Assembly (NCBI RefSeq): GCF_001457615.1
Contig: NZ_LN831024.1
Coordinates: forward strand, 2,610,001 to 2,642,000
Direction of reading: 5' to 3'
DNA length: 32,000 bases
Source of the DNA: Pseudomonas aeruginosa
GTDB taxonomy: Bacteria; Pseudomonadota; Gammaproteobacteria; Pseudomonadales; Pseudomonadaceae
Below the pieces are notes generated by a model that was given only the letters and a program-made list of their open reading frames with translations, was not told where the DNA came from and made no database searches. This document shows positions 1 to 10,651 of the stretch, piece after piece (the stretch's first letter is position 1; every line of letters begins with the position of its first letter). A program made the position numbers and the translations under genes.

Positions 1-267
1 ACCCGCATCGCCGTGGCGCGGCAGATGGTCCACCACGCCGCCAGCCTGCGCGAAGCCGGCCTGCCGTGCCTGACCGAAGCCTCGATGGCCAAGCTGTTCG
101 CCTCGGAGATGGCCGAGGAAGTCTGCTCCGCGGCGATCCAGACCCTCGGTGGCTATGGCTACCTCAAGGACTTCCCGGTGGAACGCATCTATCGGGACGT
201 GCGGGTCTGCCAGATCTACGAGGGCACCAGCGACGTGCAGCGCCTGGTGATCGCGCGCAGCCTGTAG
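1..267 (+). CDS. Acyl-CoA dehydrogenase, C-terminal fragment (5' end outside window)
   Basis: Frame 1 is open from base 1 to a TAG at 265-267. The protein [13 protein letters not shown]...[47 protein letters not shown] has the classic acyl-CoA dehydrogenase C-terminal signature (QxxGGxGY...RxxRDxRxxxIYEGTSxxQ). Confidence 0.93.
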   Translation, partial: TRIAVARQMVHHAASLREAGLPCLTEASMAKLFASEMAEEVCSAAIQTLGGYGYLKDFPVERIYRDVRVCQIYEGTSDVQRLVIARSL

Positions 268-294
268 CGGCGACTATCCGTCGTTTCCGCAACG

Positions 295-322
295 GCGCCT
301 TCTCCCTTCAGGGAGAGGGCGC
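295..322. terminator. Terminator-like inverted repeat after the acyl-CoA dehydrogenase gene
   Basis: gcgccttctcccttcagggagagggcgc has about 12-bp arms with one G-T wobble. It has no clear U-tract, so it could also be a REP-like repeat. Confidence 0.45.
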
Positions 323-383
323 ACTGAGGCACCTCGGAAGCAAATGCCCGAGCCTCGTTCGCCCTACGCCCCTTGGCAGGCGC

Positions 384-1316
384 TCACGCCGGCTGCGCCG
401 CCTTGTTCTCGCGCGCGGTGACCTGCTGGCACAGCTCGATGATCTGTTCGCGCATCCAGCGGTTGGCCGGGTCCTGGTCGGTGCTCTCGTGCCAGTACAG
501 GTGGGTTTCCAGTTTCGGCACGTCGCTCACCGGCAGCACCGCGTAGTGCAGGTCGTGGTGACGGGCGAAGCGTTCCGGCACGGTCATCGCCATGTCGGTC
601 TGCTGGACCACCGTGGAGGCCATCAGGTAGTGCTGCGAGCGCAGCGCGATCTTGCGCTGGATGCCCATCTTGCCCAGCGCCAGGTCGATGTAGCCGAGGC
701 CGCTGCGGCGGCTGGAAATATGGATGTGGGTCAGGCCCAGGTAATCGTCCAGGGCCAGCTTCGGCTTGCCCGCCAGTGGGTGGCCGCGGCGCATGGCGCA
801 GACGTAGCGGTCCTCCATCAGCTTGACGTGGCGCACCTGGGGATCGGTGTTCAGCGGCGCGTCGACGGCGAAGTCGAGGCGGCCGGCGGCGAGTTCCTTG
901 GTGGTTTCGCGGCGCTTGGCGAGGAAGCTCTCGATATGCACGTTCGGCGCCAGGCGGCGCAAGCGCTGGAACAGCGGGGGGAGGATGACCGCTTCGGTGA
1001 GGTCGGTCATGCTGATGCGGTAGGTCTTGTTCGCCTGCTGCGGATCGAAGCTGCGGCTCTCCTGCACCGAAACCCGCAGCAACTGCAGCGCGTTGCGCAC
1101 CGGGCCGATGATGTTCTGCGCCATCGGGGTCGGCACCATGCCCTGGGCGGTGCGCACGAACAGCGGGTCGTTGAAGGTCTCGCGCAGGCGGGAAAGGGCG
1201 TTGGATACGGCTGGCTGGGTGATGCCGACGATCTGCCCGGCGCGGGTCAGGTTGGCTTCGGTATAGATCGCATCGAACACGATGAACAGGTTCAGGTCGA
1301 CTTTGTTCAGGTTCAT
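384..1316 (-). CDS. LysR-family transcriptional regulator
   Basis: MNLNKVDLNLFIVFDAIYTEANLTRAGQIVGITQPAVSNALSRLRETFNDPLFVR is a typical LysR N-terminal HTH. The ORF runs to 1376, but the homologous start is the ATG at 1316. Confidence 0.93.
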   Translation of the reverse strand: MNLNKVDLNLFIVFDAIYTEANLTRAGQIVGITQPAVSNALSRLRETFNDPLFVRTAQGMVPTPMAQNIIGPVRNALQLLRVSVQESRSFDPQQANKTYRISMTDLTEAVILPPLFQRLRRLAPNVHIESFLAKRRETTKELAAGRLDFAVDAPLNTDPQVRHVKLMEDRYVCAMRRGHPLAGKPKLALDDYLGLTHIHISSRRSGLGYIDLALGKMGIQRKIALRSQHYLMASTVVQQTDMAMTVPERFARHHDLHYAVLPVSDVPKLETHLYWHESTDQDPANRWMREQIIELCQQVTARENKAAQPA

Positions 1317-1489
1317 GGCACTGGCTCCGCGACTTTTCTTGTTATTGGGGGCTTGGATGACCCCCATATGGATCATGAATGTTCATGGACGGAAAAAATA
1401 GACTGGGCAAATCTTAAGCCCTGTTCCGGCATCGTTACCAGCGCCTTTGTCCGATGCCTCGCCTGCCAACCCGTCAGAAGGTATCCCCC

Positions 1490-2719
<1,230 letters not shown>

Positions 2720-2736
2720 CGGCTGTGGTATAGGGG

Positions 2737-2763
2737 AAAGGCCCGCGGATGCGGGCCTTTTTC
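2737..2763. terminator. Rho-independent terminator, probably bidirectional between convergent genes
   Basis: aaaggcccgc-ggat-gcgggccttttt is a perfect 10-bp stem with a 4-nt loop and T-tract. The symmetric AAA/TTT flanks would also serve the minus strand. Confidence 0.88.
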
Positions 2764-2953
2764 ATTCCGGGGACTCCGCCCCTTTTTCCTCGGCGTTGCG
2801 TTCCAGCTGCCACGCGCGACGGCTGTGCAGCAGGGCGGCGAACTCGCGGGCCGCCCGCTCGTTGCGGAAGCAGATCCCGCGCGTGCCGAGGCGGACCCGC
2901 CAGAAAGGTTCAGCGTGGGTGTCCAGACGTTCGATCCAGAGCGTGTTCGGCAT
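2762..2953 (-). CDS. Small hypothetical protein (63 aa)
   Basis: MPNTLWIERLDTHAEPFWRVRLGTRGICFRNERAAREFAALLHSRRAWQLERNAEEKGAESPE is a protein-like ORF. It overlaps the 3' end of the upstream TerC gene on the same strand by 44 bp and ends at the terminator. Confidence 0.55.
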   Translation of the reverse strand: MPNTLWIERLDTHAEPFWRVRLGTRGICFRNERAAREFAALLHSRRAWQLERNAEEKGAESPE

Positions 2954-3953
2954 TCGGTTCGGCCTTGTCCTCGACGGTGGCTTTCGGTGTGCGGGTCTTC
3001 AGCAGGGAGAGCAGGATGCCGCCCGCCAGCAGGCCGAAGGTTACGCCAAGCGAGAGGCCGGCGGGAATCTTGCCGATCACACCGTGGAGCATGATCTTCG
3101 CACCGATGAACACCAGCACCAGGGCCAGGGCGTATTTCAGGTAGACGAAGCGGTGGATCATCGCCGCCAGCGAGAAGTACAGGGCGCGCAGGCCGAGGAT
3201 GGCGAAGATGTTCGAGGTGTAGACGATGAACGGGTCCTGGGTGATGGCGAAGATCGCCGGCACGCTGTCCACCGCGAACACCAGGTCGGCCAGCTCGATC
3301 AGCACCAGGGCGAAGAACAGCGGGGTGGCGTAGCGCACCAGCTTGCCGCTGGCGTCCGGCAGGCGGACGAAGAAGTGATGCTCGTGCAGTTCCTTGGTCA
3401 CCCGCATGTGCTTGCGCAGGAAGCGCAGCACCGGGTTGTGCTCCAGGTCGGGTTCTTCCTCGTGCTTGTTGAACAGCATCTTCACGCCGCTGAACAGCAG
3501 GAAGGCGCCGAACACGTACATGATCCAGTCGAATTCCTTCACCAGCGCGGCGCCCAGGCCGATCATGATCGCCCGCAGGACGATGGCGCCGAGGATGCCC
3601 CAGAACAGCACCTGGTGCTGGTAGCGGCGGGGGATGCCGAAGAAACTGAAGATCATCGCCATGACGAACACGTTGTCCATCGATAGCGACTGTTCGACCA
3701 GGAAGCCGGTGTAGTACTCCACCGCGCTGGTGGGGCCGAAGGCGTACCAGACCCAGCCGCCGAAGGCCAGGCCGCAGGCGAAGTAGCCGGCGGACAGCAG
3801 CAGGCTTTCGCGCACGCCGATTTCGTGGTGGTCGCGTTGCAGCACGCCGAGGTCGAGGACCAGGAGAACGATGACGATGGCCAGGAAGGCCAGCCAGAAC
3901 CAGATAGCCGTACCGAGGAACGGTTCGGTGAGAAATGCATGCAGAGCTGCCAT
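2910..3953 (-). CDS. TerC family integral membrane protein
   Basis: 347 aa polytopic protein. Contains SLSMDNVFVMAMIFSFFGIPRRYQHQVLFWGILGAIVLRAIMIGLGAALVKEF and LVLIELADLVFAVDSVPAIFAITQDPFIVYTSNIFAILGLRALYF, both diagnostic for TerC/Alx proteins. Confidence 0.93.
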   Translation of the reverse strand: MAALHAFLTEPFLGTAIWFWLAFLAIVIVLLVLDLGVLQRDHHEIGVRESLLLSAGYFACGLAFGGWVWYAFGPTSAVEYYTGFLVEQSLSMDNVFVMAMIFSFFGIPRRYQHQVLFWGILGAIVLRAIMIGLGAALVKEFDWIMYVFGAFLLFSGVKMLFNKHEEEPDLEHNPVLRFLRKHMRVTKELHEHHFFVRLPDASGKLVRYATPLFFALVLIELADLVFAVDSVPAIFAITQDPFIVYTSNIFAILGLRALYFSLAAMIHRFVYLKYALALVLVFIGAKIMLHGVIGKIPAGLSLGVTFGLLAGGILLSLLKTRTPKATVEDKAEPNAEHALDRTSGHPR

Positions 3954-4102
3954 TGGGCCCCCTCGCTTCGAATTGTCGGATGGTCATGTGACTCCGACAT
4001 GGCGGCAATTGCTTACCGTCAGAGGGGCCCGCAGTCACTCGAAAAAAATAAACCAGGCTCCGGGCGCCGGCAAAACGGCGAGGTTACAAAGTGCTACAGC
4101 GT

Positions 4103-5497
4103 TCAGTAGACCCAGACTTCCACCCGCCGGTTCTTCTGTCGGCCCAGTTCCTGGTCGTTGCTGGCGACCGGCAACTCGTCGCCGAAGCCGGCGATCTCGC
4201 GGAAACTCACGCCGCCGCGGGCCAGTTCGCGGCGCACGGCCATGGCGCGCAGGCGCGAAAGCAGGACCGAGCGCTCGGCGTCGGACTTGGGATCGCCGAA
4301 GCCCACCAGCACGGTGCGCTCCTGCAACTTCCGATTTTGCCGCAGGTAGTCCAGCAAACGCTGTACGTCGAGCAGTGCCTTGTTGTCGAGCAGCGCGCTG
4401 CCTTCCTGGAAGCGGAAGTTCACCGTCAGGCGCCGCGCCTGTTCCGCGAGCTTGCGGTATTCGGCGGGCATCTGCGGGCGCGGTGCGATCTGCACCGCCT
4501 GGATCTTCTGCGCGACGAAGCCGCTGCGGGTGACGATCGCCTGGCCGCGCGGGCCCTGGGCGAAACGTACCAGGGCCTGGGCCCAGGGGTTCTTCTCGCC
4601 GGGCTTCAGGTAGAGGAACAGGCGGCGCGACAGCGGATAGTCCTCGGTGGCGATCAGGCTTTCCTGGGGCGCCATCGGCAGCGATTCGCCGTCGGCGATG
4701 GCCAAGGCGCGGGCCCGGCCCACCGACGCGATGCCGACGAAGCCGATGGCGTGCGGATCGGCGCTCACCGCGGCCGCCAGCCGATCGTTGGATTCGAAGC
4801 GGCGGGCGTCGCTGGCCAGGCTTTTGCCGTGACTGGCCAGCACCAGTTCCTTGAAGGTGTCGTAGGTGCCGGACTGCTCGTCGCGAGCGTACAGGCGGAT
4901 GGCGCCGCCCTTGCCGCCCAGTTCTTCCCAGGTACGCACCTCGCCGGCGAACACCGCCGCCAGTTGCGCGGTGTCCAGCGAGGCCAGCGGGTTGTCCGGA
5001 TGCAGGATGATCGCCAGTCCGTCGATGGCGATCACCTGCTCGGCATATGGGCTGCGCAGGTCGCCGAAGCCGGCCAGGGCGCGAACTTCGCTGTCCTTGA
5101 CGGGACGCGAGGCCGCGGCGAGTTCGGCGTGGCGTTCGAGGAGGGCGGCGAAGCCGGTGCTCGAACCGTGGGCGGATAGCTCCACCCTCACCAGGCGGCC
5201 GTCGCGGCTCTTGCCGAGCAGATGGAGTTCGTTTTCCCGTTCTCCGGGGGTACGGCGGATATCCTCCAGGCCTTCCTCTTCCATCAGGCCCTCGACCAGG
5301 GCCGGCAGGAGCTTCGCGCCGATGGTGTTGGAACCCTGGATGCGCAGCGCCGGCGTGTCGTCCGTGGGGATCGGCAAGGGGGCGGCGAATACCGACCAGG
5401 GGAAGGCGTAACAGAGGAATCCGAGGAAAACCAGGCTCAGGGTACGGCTCCAGAGGTCTTTGTCACTGGCGCGCTGGCGGTGTGGCATCGCGGGCAT
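4103..5497 (-). CDS. Periplasmic PstS-like substrate-binding domain fused to a C-terminal OmpA-like domain
   Basis: N-terminal hydrophobic signal, then ALRIQGSNTIGAKLLPALVEGLMEEEG and DNPLASLDTAQLAAVFAGEVRTWEELGG...RLYARDEQSGTYDTFKELVL (PstS/PBP-like). The C-terminal FRFQEGSALLDNKALLDVQRLLDYL...VLVGFGDPKSDAERSVLLSRLRAMAVRREL...GFGDELPVASNDQELGRQKNRRVEVWV is OmpA-like. Confidence 0.87.
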   Translation of the reverse strand: MPAMPHRQRASDKDLWSRTLSLVFLGFLCYAFPWSVFAAPLPIPTDDTPALRIQGSNTIGAKLLPALVEGLMEEEGLEDIRRTPGERENELHLLGKSRDGRLVRVELSAHGSSTGFAALLERHAELAAASRPVKDSEVRALAGFGDLRSPYAEQVIAIDGLAIILHPDNPLASLDTAQLAAVFAGEVRTWEELGGKGGAIRLYARDEQSGTYDTFKELVLASHGKSLASDARRFESNDRLAAAVSADPHAIGFVGIASVGRARALAIADGESLPMAPQESLIATEDYPLSRRLFLYLKPGEKNPWAQALVRFAQGPRGQAIVTRSGFVAQKIQAVQIAPRPQMPAEYRKLAEQARRLTVNFRFQEGSALLDNKALLDVQRLLDYLRQNRKLQERTVLVGFGDPKSDAERSVLLSRLRAMAVRRELARGGVSFREIAGFGDELPVASNDQELGRQKNRRVEVWVY

Positions 5498-5556
5498 CGT
5501 CTTCTATGGGGGAAGGGATTTGCCGGCGAGATTAAGTCAGACGGGTGACGCTAAGG

Positions 5557-6462
5557 TTACAGCGTTGGGGAATCATGGCCCTGCGCCATTGTCTCGGTCA
5601 GGAAGTCGAGAAACACCCGGGTCTTGCCGGCCAGTTGGCGCGATGGATAGACCGCGTGGATCGCCGTCTCGTCGGCCTTCCAGTCAGCCAGCAATTCAAC
5701 CAGGCGGCCTTCGGCCAGTTCCGCCTGTACGTACAGCCGTGGGATCAGGCTCAAGCCGAAGCCGGCGAGCAGGGCATCGCGCACCGCCAGGCTGGAGGAC
5801 ACCCGGTAACGGCCGGCGATAGGCACCGCTATGCACTCGCGGTCCTTGCGGAAGGTCCAGCGGTCGGCATGGCCAGAGAGGCTGAAGCGGATGCACTCGT
5901 GTTCGCGCAGGGCCTCCGGCCGCAGCGGCTGGCCATGCTGACTGAGGTAGGCCGGCGCCGCGCAGAGCACGTGCTCCAGGACCAGCAGCGGGCGGGCGAC
6001 CAGGCCGGAGTCCGCAACCCGGTCGCTACCACGCAGGGCCAGGTCGATGCCTTCGGCGATCAGGTCCTGGCGGCCGTCCTGCAGGAGCAGTTCCAGGCGC
6101 AGGTCCGGATAACGCTGGAGAAAAGCCGGAATGGCCGGGGTCAGGCAAGTGAGGGCGAGGGTCAGCGGGGCGCTGACCCGCAGCAGGCCGCTGGGGCCCT
6201 GCTGCATCGAAGTGAGCGCGGCGTCGGCGGCCTCGAGGTCGTCGAGGATGCGCTCCAGGCGCTGCCGGTAGACTTCGCCGGCCTCGGTCAGGCTCATGCT
6301 GCGGGTGGTGCGATTGATCAGGCGCACCTTGAGGTGCGCTTCCAGCTCGGCGACGTTCTTGCTCACGGCGGCCGGCGAGAGATTCATCTGCCGGGCCGCG
6401 GCGGCGAAGCCGCCATTCGCGGCCACGGCGCGGAAGACCTTGAGGGCGGTGAGGTGATCCAC
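5557..6462 (-). CDS. LysR-family transcriptional regulator
   Basis: MDHLTALKVFRAVAANGGFAAAARQMNLSPAAVSKNVAELEAHLKVRLINRTTRSMSLTEAGEVYRQR is a LysR HTH N-terminus. Confidence 0.94.
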   Translation of the reverse strand: MDHLTALKVFRAVAANGGFAAAARQMNLSPAAVSKNVAELEAHLKVRLINRTTRSMSLTEAGEVYRQRLERILDDLEAADAALTSMQQGPSGLLRVSAPLTLALTCLTPAIPAFLQRYPDLRLELLLQDGRQDLIAEGIDLALRGSDRVADSGLVARPLLVLEHVLCAAPAYLSQHGQPLRPEALREHECIRFSLSGHADRWTFRKDRECIAVPIAGRYRVSSSLAVRDALLAGFGLSLIPRLYVQAELAEGRLVELLADWKADETAIHAVYPSRQLAGKTRVFLDFLTETMAQGHDSPTL

Positions 6463-6565
6463 GGGGATAATTCACTGTCAGTAATCAATGAATCAGGGAT
6501 TAAACCATTATCAACCCGAGGTGTGCTGGCTAAAGTCTTGCCATAGTCCACGGTCCAAGAGGTGA

Positions 6566-6997
6566 ATGACCATGCAACCCTTCGTCGTCGAACGTCTCGA
6601 TCACATCGTCCTGCGGGTCCGCGACCTGGAACGCAGCATCGCGTTCTATCGCGATGTCCTCGGTTGCGTGGTGGTGAAGTGGCGCGACGACCTGGAGCTG
6701 GCCCATCTGCGCCTGGGCACGTCGATGCTCGATCTGGTCGCGGTGTCCGGGGCGCTCGGCCGGGAGGGCGGTGCGGCTCCGGGTGGGGAAGGGCGCAACG
6801 TCGACCATTTCTGCGTGCGCATCGAGCCGTTCGACGAGGCCGCGCTGGTCGCCCATCTCGAGGGGTTCGGCCTGGTCCCGCAGGTTCCCGCGGAAATCCG
6901 CTTCGGCGCCGAGGGCGACGGCTGGTCGCTGTACTTCTTAGACCCGGATGGCAATCGAGTGGAGCTGAAGGGGCCGCGGGTGGACAATCCTGCCTGA
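6566..6997 (+). CDS. VOC/glyoxalase-family protein (dioxygenase-like)
   Basis: FVVERLDHIVLRVRDLERSIAFYRDVLGCVVVKWRDD...VDHFCVRIEPFDEAALVAHLEGFG...WSLYFLDPDGNRVELKGP is the VOC signature. The start could be the ATG at 6566 or 6572; the GAGGTG Shine-Dalgarno favours 6572. Confidence 0.88.
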   Translation: MTMQPFVVERLDHIVLRVRDLERSIAFYRDVLGCVVVKWRDDLELAHLRLGTSMLDLVAVSGALGREGGAAPGGEGRNVDHFCVRIEPFDEAALVAHLEGFGLVPQVPAEIRFGAEGDGWSLYFLDPDGNRVELKGPRVDNPA

Positions 6998-7066
6998 GGG
7001 AAAGGCCCCGCGCCGGATAGGGGGGCGGCGTCGGCGAGATCGCCCGGACCAGGTAGCGATCGCCTG

Positions 7067-7093
7067 AAGGCTCATCCGGGGGATGAGCCTTTT
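7067..7093 (+). terminator. Rho-independent terminator downstream of the VOC gene
   Basis: aaggctcatcc-ggg-ggatgagcctt is a perfect 11-bp stem followed by TT. Confidence 0.8.
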
Positions 7094-7107
7094 CCTTGGG
7101 CTGAGCC

Positions 7108-7920
7108 TCAGGCCAGTTCCAGCCAGATCGGGGCGTGATCGGAGGGCTTCTCCATGCCGCGCAGGTCGTAGTCGATGCCGGCGTCCTTGAAGCGCGACTG
7201 CAGCACCCGGCTGGCCAGGATCACATCGATGCGCAGGCCGCGCTTGGGGTTGTCCTCGAAGCCACGGCTGCGGTAGTCGAACCAGCTGAAGCGGTCGTTC
7301 ACCTCCGGATTCAGGGCCCGGAAGCTGTCGACCAGGCCCCAGTTCTTCAAGGTAGCCAGCCATTCGCGCTCTTCCGGCAGGAAGCTGCACTTGCCGGTCT
7401 TCAGCCAGCGCTTGCGGTTTTCCTCGCCAATGCCGATGTCGCAGTCCTCCGGCGAGATATTGATGTCGCCCATCACCACCAGGGCCTGCTCGGGCTTGAA
7501 GCTGTTCTCCAGCAGCGACTGGAGATCGGCGTAGAAGCGCTGCTTGGCCGGGAACTTGGTCGGATGCTCGCGGTTCTCGCCTTGCGGGAAGTAACCGTTC
7601 ATCACGGTGATCGGGTTGCCCTGGGCGTCGCTGAAGGTGCCCCAGATGAAGCGCCGCTGGGATTCCTCGCCGTCGCTCGGGAAGCCGCGATGCAGTTCCA
7701 GGGGCGCCTGGCGGGAGAGCAGGGCGACGCCGTAGTGGCCTTTCTGCCCGTGGTAGTGGACGTGGTAGCCGAGCGCCTCGATCTCGGCCTGGGGAAACTG
7801 GTCGTCGGCGACCTTGGTTTCCTGCAGCCCGATCACGTCGGGCTGGTGCCGCTCGATCAGCGCCGCCAACTGGTGCGGCCGGGCGCGCAGACCGTTGATA
7901 TTGAAAGAGACGATTTTCAT
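7108..7920 (-). CDS. xthA: Exodeoxyribonuclease III
   Basis: [43 protein letters not shown]...[16 protein letters not shown]...[23 protein letters not shown]...RIDVILAS...[10 protein letters not shown] contains the full set of ExoIII/AP-endonuclease motifs. The ORF track over-extends the N-terminus; the true start is 7920. Confidence 0.95.
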   Translation of the reverse strand: MKIVSFNINGLRARPHQLAALIERHQPDVIGLQETKVADDQFPQAEIEALGYHVHYHGQKGHYGVALLSRQAPLELHRGFPSDGEESQRRFIWGTFSDAQGNPITVMNGYFPQGENREHPTKFPAKQRFYADLQSLLENSFKPEQALVVMGDINISPEDCDIGIGEENRKRWLKTGKCSFLPEEREWLATLKNWGLVDSFRALNPEVNDRFSWFDYRSRGFEDNPKRGLRIDVILASRVLQSRFKDAGIDYDLRGMEKPSDHAPIWLELA

Positions 7921-8145
7921 GGTGGGCGTCCTGGCAAAAACAGGAATGCTAGCCCAGCCGGGGGATGCCTGGCGACCCTGGAGGCGCTGTGCTAGTGTCC
8001 GCCGGGTACCCGATGGCTGTGTGGCTTGGCGCCTTGCCGGCCCTGTGGTCTGCCGCGGACGGGGATGGCCAGGCCATCCGCTCGACCAATCGCCGTGGCG
8101 AAGCGTGCGTGTCGCTGCGCCTGCGGCCGACAAGGAATGCGTTCC

Positions 8146-8778
8146 ATGCCTGATCAGGTCTCCGATGTTCGTCTGCTCGACGACGGCTATAGCCGCGAAG
8201 TCCGCTCGCTTTTCTACCACGCCTACCGCCACGAACCGACCTTCGCCTACCTGATGGATGCGCAGCGCGCCGGCTACGACCAGCGCGTGCGTGCCTGCGT
8301 CCGGGAGATGGTCGAGCGCCATCTGGGCGAAGAGTTGCCGGCCATCGGCCTGTTCATCGACGATCGGCTGGTCGCGGCGGCCCTGATCACGCCGCCGCAG
8401 CGGCGCCTGGATATCACCGAGAGCTGGAGCTGGCGCCTGCGCATGCTGTTCAGCGTCGGCCTGGCCGCGACCCGGCGCTACCTGGATTACCACCGGGCGG
8501 TGCAGGCCTGCCTGCCGGTCGGCCCCCACCACCAGTTGCCGATGCTCGGCGTGCATCCCGAGTACCAGGGCAGGCAGATCGGCGAGCAGTTGCTGGCCGC
8601 CGTGCAGCGCTGGTGCGCCGAGGACTCCGCTTCGCAGGGGCTGGTCCTGGATACCGGCAATGCGCGCTACCTGGACTTCTACCAGCGGCACGGCTACCGC
8701 GAGATCGGCGAGGTGACGCTGGGAGCGGTGCGCGAGCACGTCCTCCTGCATCCTGGCGAGACGCCGGCGGCGACCTGA
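8146..8778 (+). CDS. GNAT-like N-acetyltransferase family protein
   Basis: [33 protein letters not shown]...[60 protein letters not shown] has the GNAT Q/RxxGxG/A-like region and the C-terminal YxRxGYxxxG motif. Confidence 0.8.
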   Translation: MPDQVSDVRLLDDGYSREVRSLFYHAYRHEPTFAYLMDAQRAGYDQRVRACVREMVERHLGEELPAIGLFIDDRLVAAALITPPQRRLDITESWSWRLRMLFSVGLAATRRYLDYHRAVQACLPVGPHHQLPMLGVHPEYQGRQIGEQLLAAVQRWCAEDSASQGLVLDTGNARYLDFYQRHGYREIGEVTLGAVREHVLLHPGETPAAT

Positions 8779-8911
8779 GCGTTCCCCCGGACGCGCGAGA
8801 AAAGCCATGCCTGTCAGGCGCTTGGCGTCATAAAACCCGAATGTCAGGAGGTGGTCGGCGGCGTCCGCGCAAATCTGGACGCGCGCCACCCGCCTGCGTA
8901 GCATCCGCGCC

Positions 8912-10651
8912 ATGAGACTGACTCAAGGATTGTTCCGGTTCCCGCTGGCCGGGCTGCTGTGCCTGAGTACGGCCGCCTTCGCGGAGAGCCAGCTTAGCGT
9001 GCGCGTCACCCCCGCCAATGCCGCCCTGAAGGCCAATATCGAGGCCTATGTGGGTAGCCTCGGCGAGCGGGACGAGGCGGCGTTGCAACGTTTCCGCCGC
9101 AATGCCGAGGCGCAGGCGGAAAAGGCGGCCCAGGCGCTCGGCTACTTCCAGGCGCAGATCGACAGCGAGGTGAAGGACGGCAAGCCGCCGAAGCTCACGC
9201 TCAAGGTAGTGCCCGGCGAGCCCGTGCGCCTGCGCCAGGTGAATATCCAGGTGCTCGGCGAGGCCGCCAGCCTGGAGAGCTTCCGCTTGCCGTCGGGCAA
9301 GCAGCTGAAACCGGGCGCGAAGCTGAACCAGGGTGTCTACGAGGATGCCAAGCGGCTGATCCAGAACCAGGCCTCGCGCTACGGCTTCTTCCAGGGCCGC
9401 TTCAGCACCCAGCGCCTGAGCATCGATCCGCGCGCCGGCATCGCCGACATCGACCTGGTCTACGACAGCGGCCAGCGCTACACCTTCGGCAAGGTGAGCT
9501 TCGACGGCGACTCGATCATCGAGGAAGAACTGTTGCGCCGCATGGTGCCGTTCAAGGCCGGCCAACCCTATGACTCCGAACTGATCGCCGAACTCAACCA
9601 GAACCTGCAATCCAGCGGTTACTTCGAGGGCGTGCGGGTCGACGCCGCGCCGACCCAGGCGCAGGCCGACGGCGCGCGCCAGGCGATCCCGGTAGCGGTC
9701 CGGCTGGAGGCGCGCAAGCCCCGGACCATGGGCGTCGGCCTCGGTTTCTCGACCGACGTCGGGGCGCGCGCGAGGTTCAACTGGACCCGCCATTGGGTGA
9801 ATGCCGAAGGACATAGCCTGGGATTCGAGTCGGAAATCTCCGCACCACGGCAGAACGTCGGCGCCTGGTACGAGATTCCCCTCGATCCGCCGCTCACCGA
9901 CAAGCTGCGCTTCACCAGCGGCTACCAGTTCGAAGACCTGGTCGACACCGAGAGCAAGCTGCTGACCCTTGGCGGCGAATGGCACAGCAAGCGGCCCGAT
10001 GGCTGGCAGCGGGTGGTTTCGCTGAACTGGATGCGCGAGGAGTACAAGCTGGGCGACGACTCCGGGCTGAGCAGCTTCCTGATGCCGGGGATCGGCTACT
10101 CGCTGCTGGAGACCGACAACAAGGTCGACCCCAGCCATGGCTACCGCCTGCAGTTCAACGTCAAGGGGGCGAAGGAAGGCCTGCTGGCCGACGCCGACGT
10201 CCTCCATGTCGACGCCATGGCCAAGGGCCTGACCAGCTTCGCCGGCGGCCATCGCCTGCTCGGCCGCCTGCAGGTAGGCGGAATCGCCACCAACGACTAC
10301 AAGTCGATCCCGCCCTCGCTGCGCTTCTTCGCTGGCGGCGACCAGAGCGTGCGTGGCTACGACTACCGGACGCTGTCGCCGGAGAATTCCGATGGCGACA
10401 AGATCGGCGGCCGCTACATGATCGCCGGCAGCGTCGAGTATCAATATCCGCTGGCCGAGCGCTGGCGCCTGGCGACCTTCGTCGACCAGGGCAACGCCTT
10501 CAACTCGCTGGACTTCCCGTCGATCAAGACCGGGGTCGGCTTCGGCGTGCGCTGGGTCTCGCCGGTCGGCCCGTTGCGCCTCGACCTGGCCCATGCGCTC
10601 GACGACGACGGCGGTTTCCGCCTGCACTTCTCCATGGGGCCAGAACTGTGA
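8912..10651 (+). CDS. tamA: TamA, Omp85-family outer membrane translocation/assembly protein
   Basis: N-terminal signal and POTRA-type repeats. Omp85 motifs include [60 protein letters not shown] and a C-terminal beta-strand ending in GPEL. The adjacent tamB supports the call. Confidence 0.93.
   Translation: MRLTQGLFRFPLAGLLCLSTAAFAESQLSVRVTPANAALKANIEAYVGSLGERDEAALQRFRRNAEAQAEKAAQALGYFQAQIDSEVKDGKPPKLTLKVVPGEPVRLRQVNIQVLGEAASLESFRLPSGKQLKPGAKLNQGVYEDAKRLIQNQASRYGFFQGRFSTQRLSIDPRAGIADIDLVYDSGQRYTFGKVSFDGDSIIEEELLRRMVPFKAGQPYDSELIAELNQNLQSSGYFEGVRVDAAPTQAQADGARQAIPVAVRLEARKPRTMGVGLGFSTDVGARARFNWTRHWVNAEGHSLGFESEISAPRQNVGAWYEIPLDPPLTDKLRFTSGYQFEDLVDTESKLLTLGGEWHSKRPDGWQRVVSLNWMREEYKLGDDSGLSSFLMPGIGYSLLETDNKVDPSHGYRLQFNVKGAKEGLLADADVLHVDAMAKGLTSFAGGHRLLGRLQVGGIATNDYKSIPPSLRFFAGGDQSVRGYDYRTLSPENSDGDKIGGRYMIAGSVEYQYPLAERWRLATFVDQGNAFNSLDFPSIKTGVGFGVRWVSPVGPLRLDLAHALDDDGGFRLHFSMGPEL

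Noticed and set aside
3954-4102. Possible yybP-ykoY-type manganese riboswitch upstream of the TerC gene
   Set aside because: TerC genes are often controlled by this riboswitch, but on the coding strand I could not recognise the conserved core in this 149-nt region. A covariance search (Infernal/Rfam) would be needed.
7921-8913. N-terminal extension of the xthA ORF (601-aa version)
   Set aside because: Homology to ExoIII begins at [13 protein letters not shown] (7920). The extension is antisense to the GNAT-like gene.
8828-10627. 599-aa minus-strand ORF opposite tamA
   Set aside because: An antisense shadow of tamA with His/Val/Glu-rich composition and no motif.
9979-10647. N-terminal extension of the tamB ORF inside tamA
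   Set aside because: The TamB TM anchor starts at the GTG at 10648, which overlaps the tamA stop. The extension is an out-of-frame Arg/Ala-rich read of tamA.
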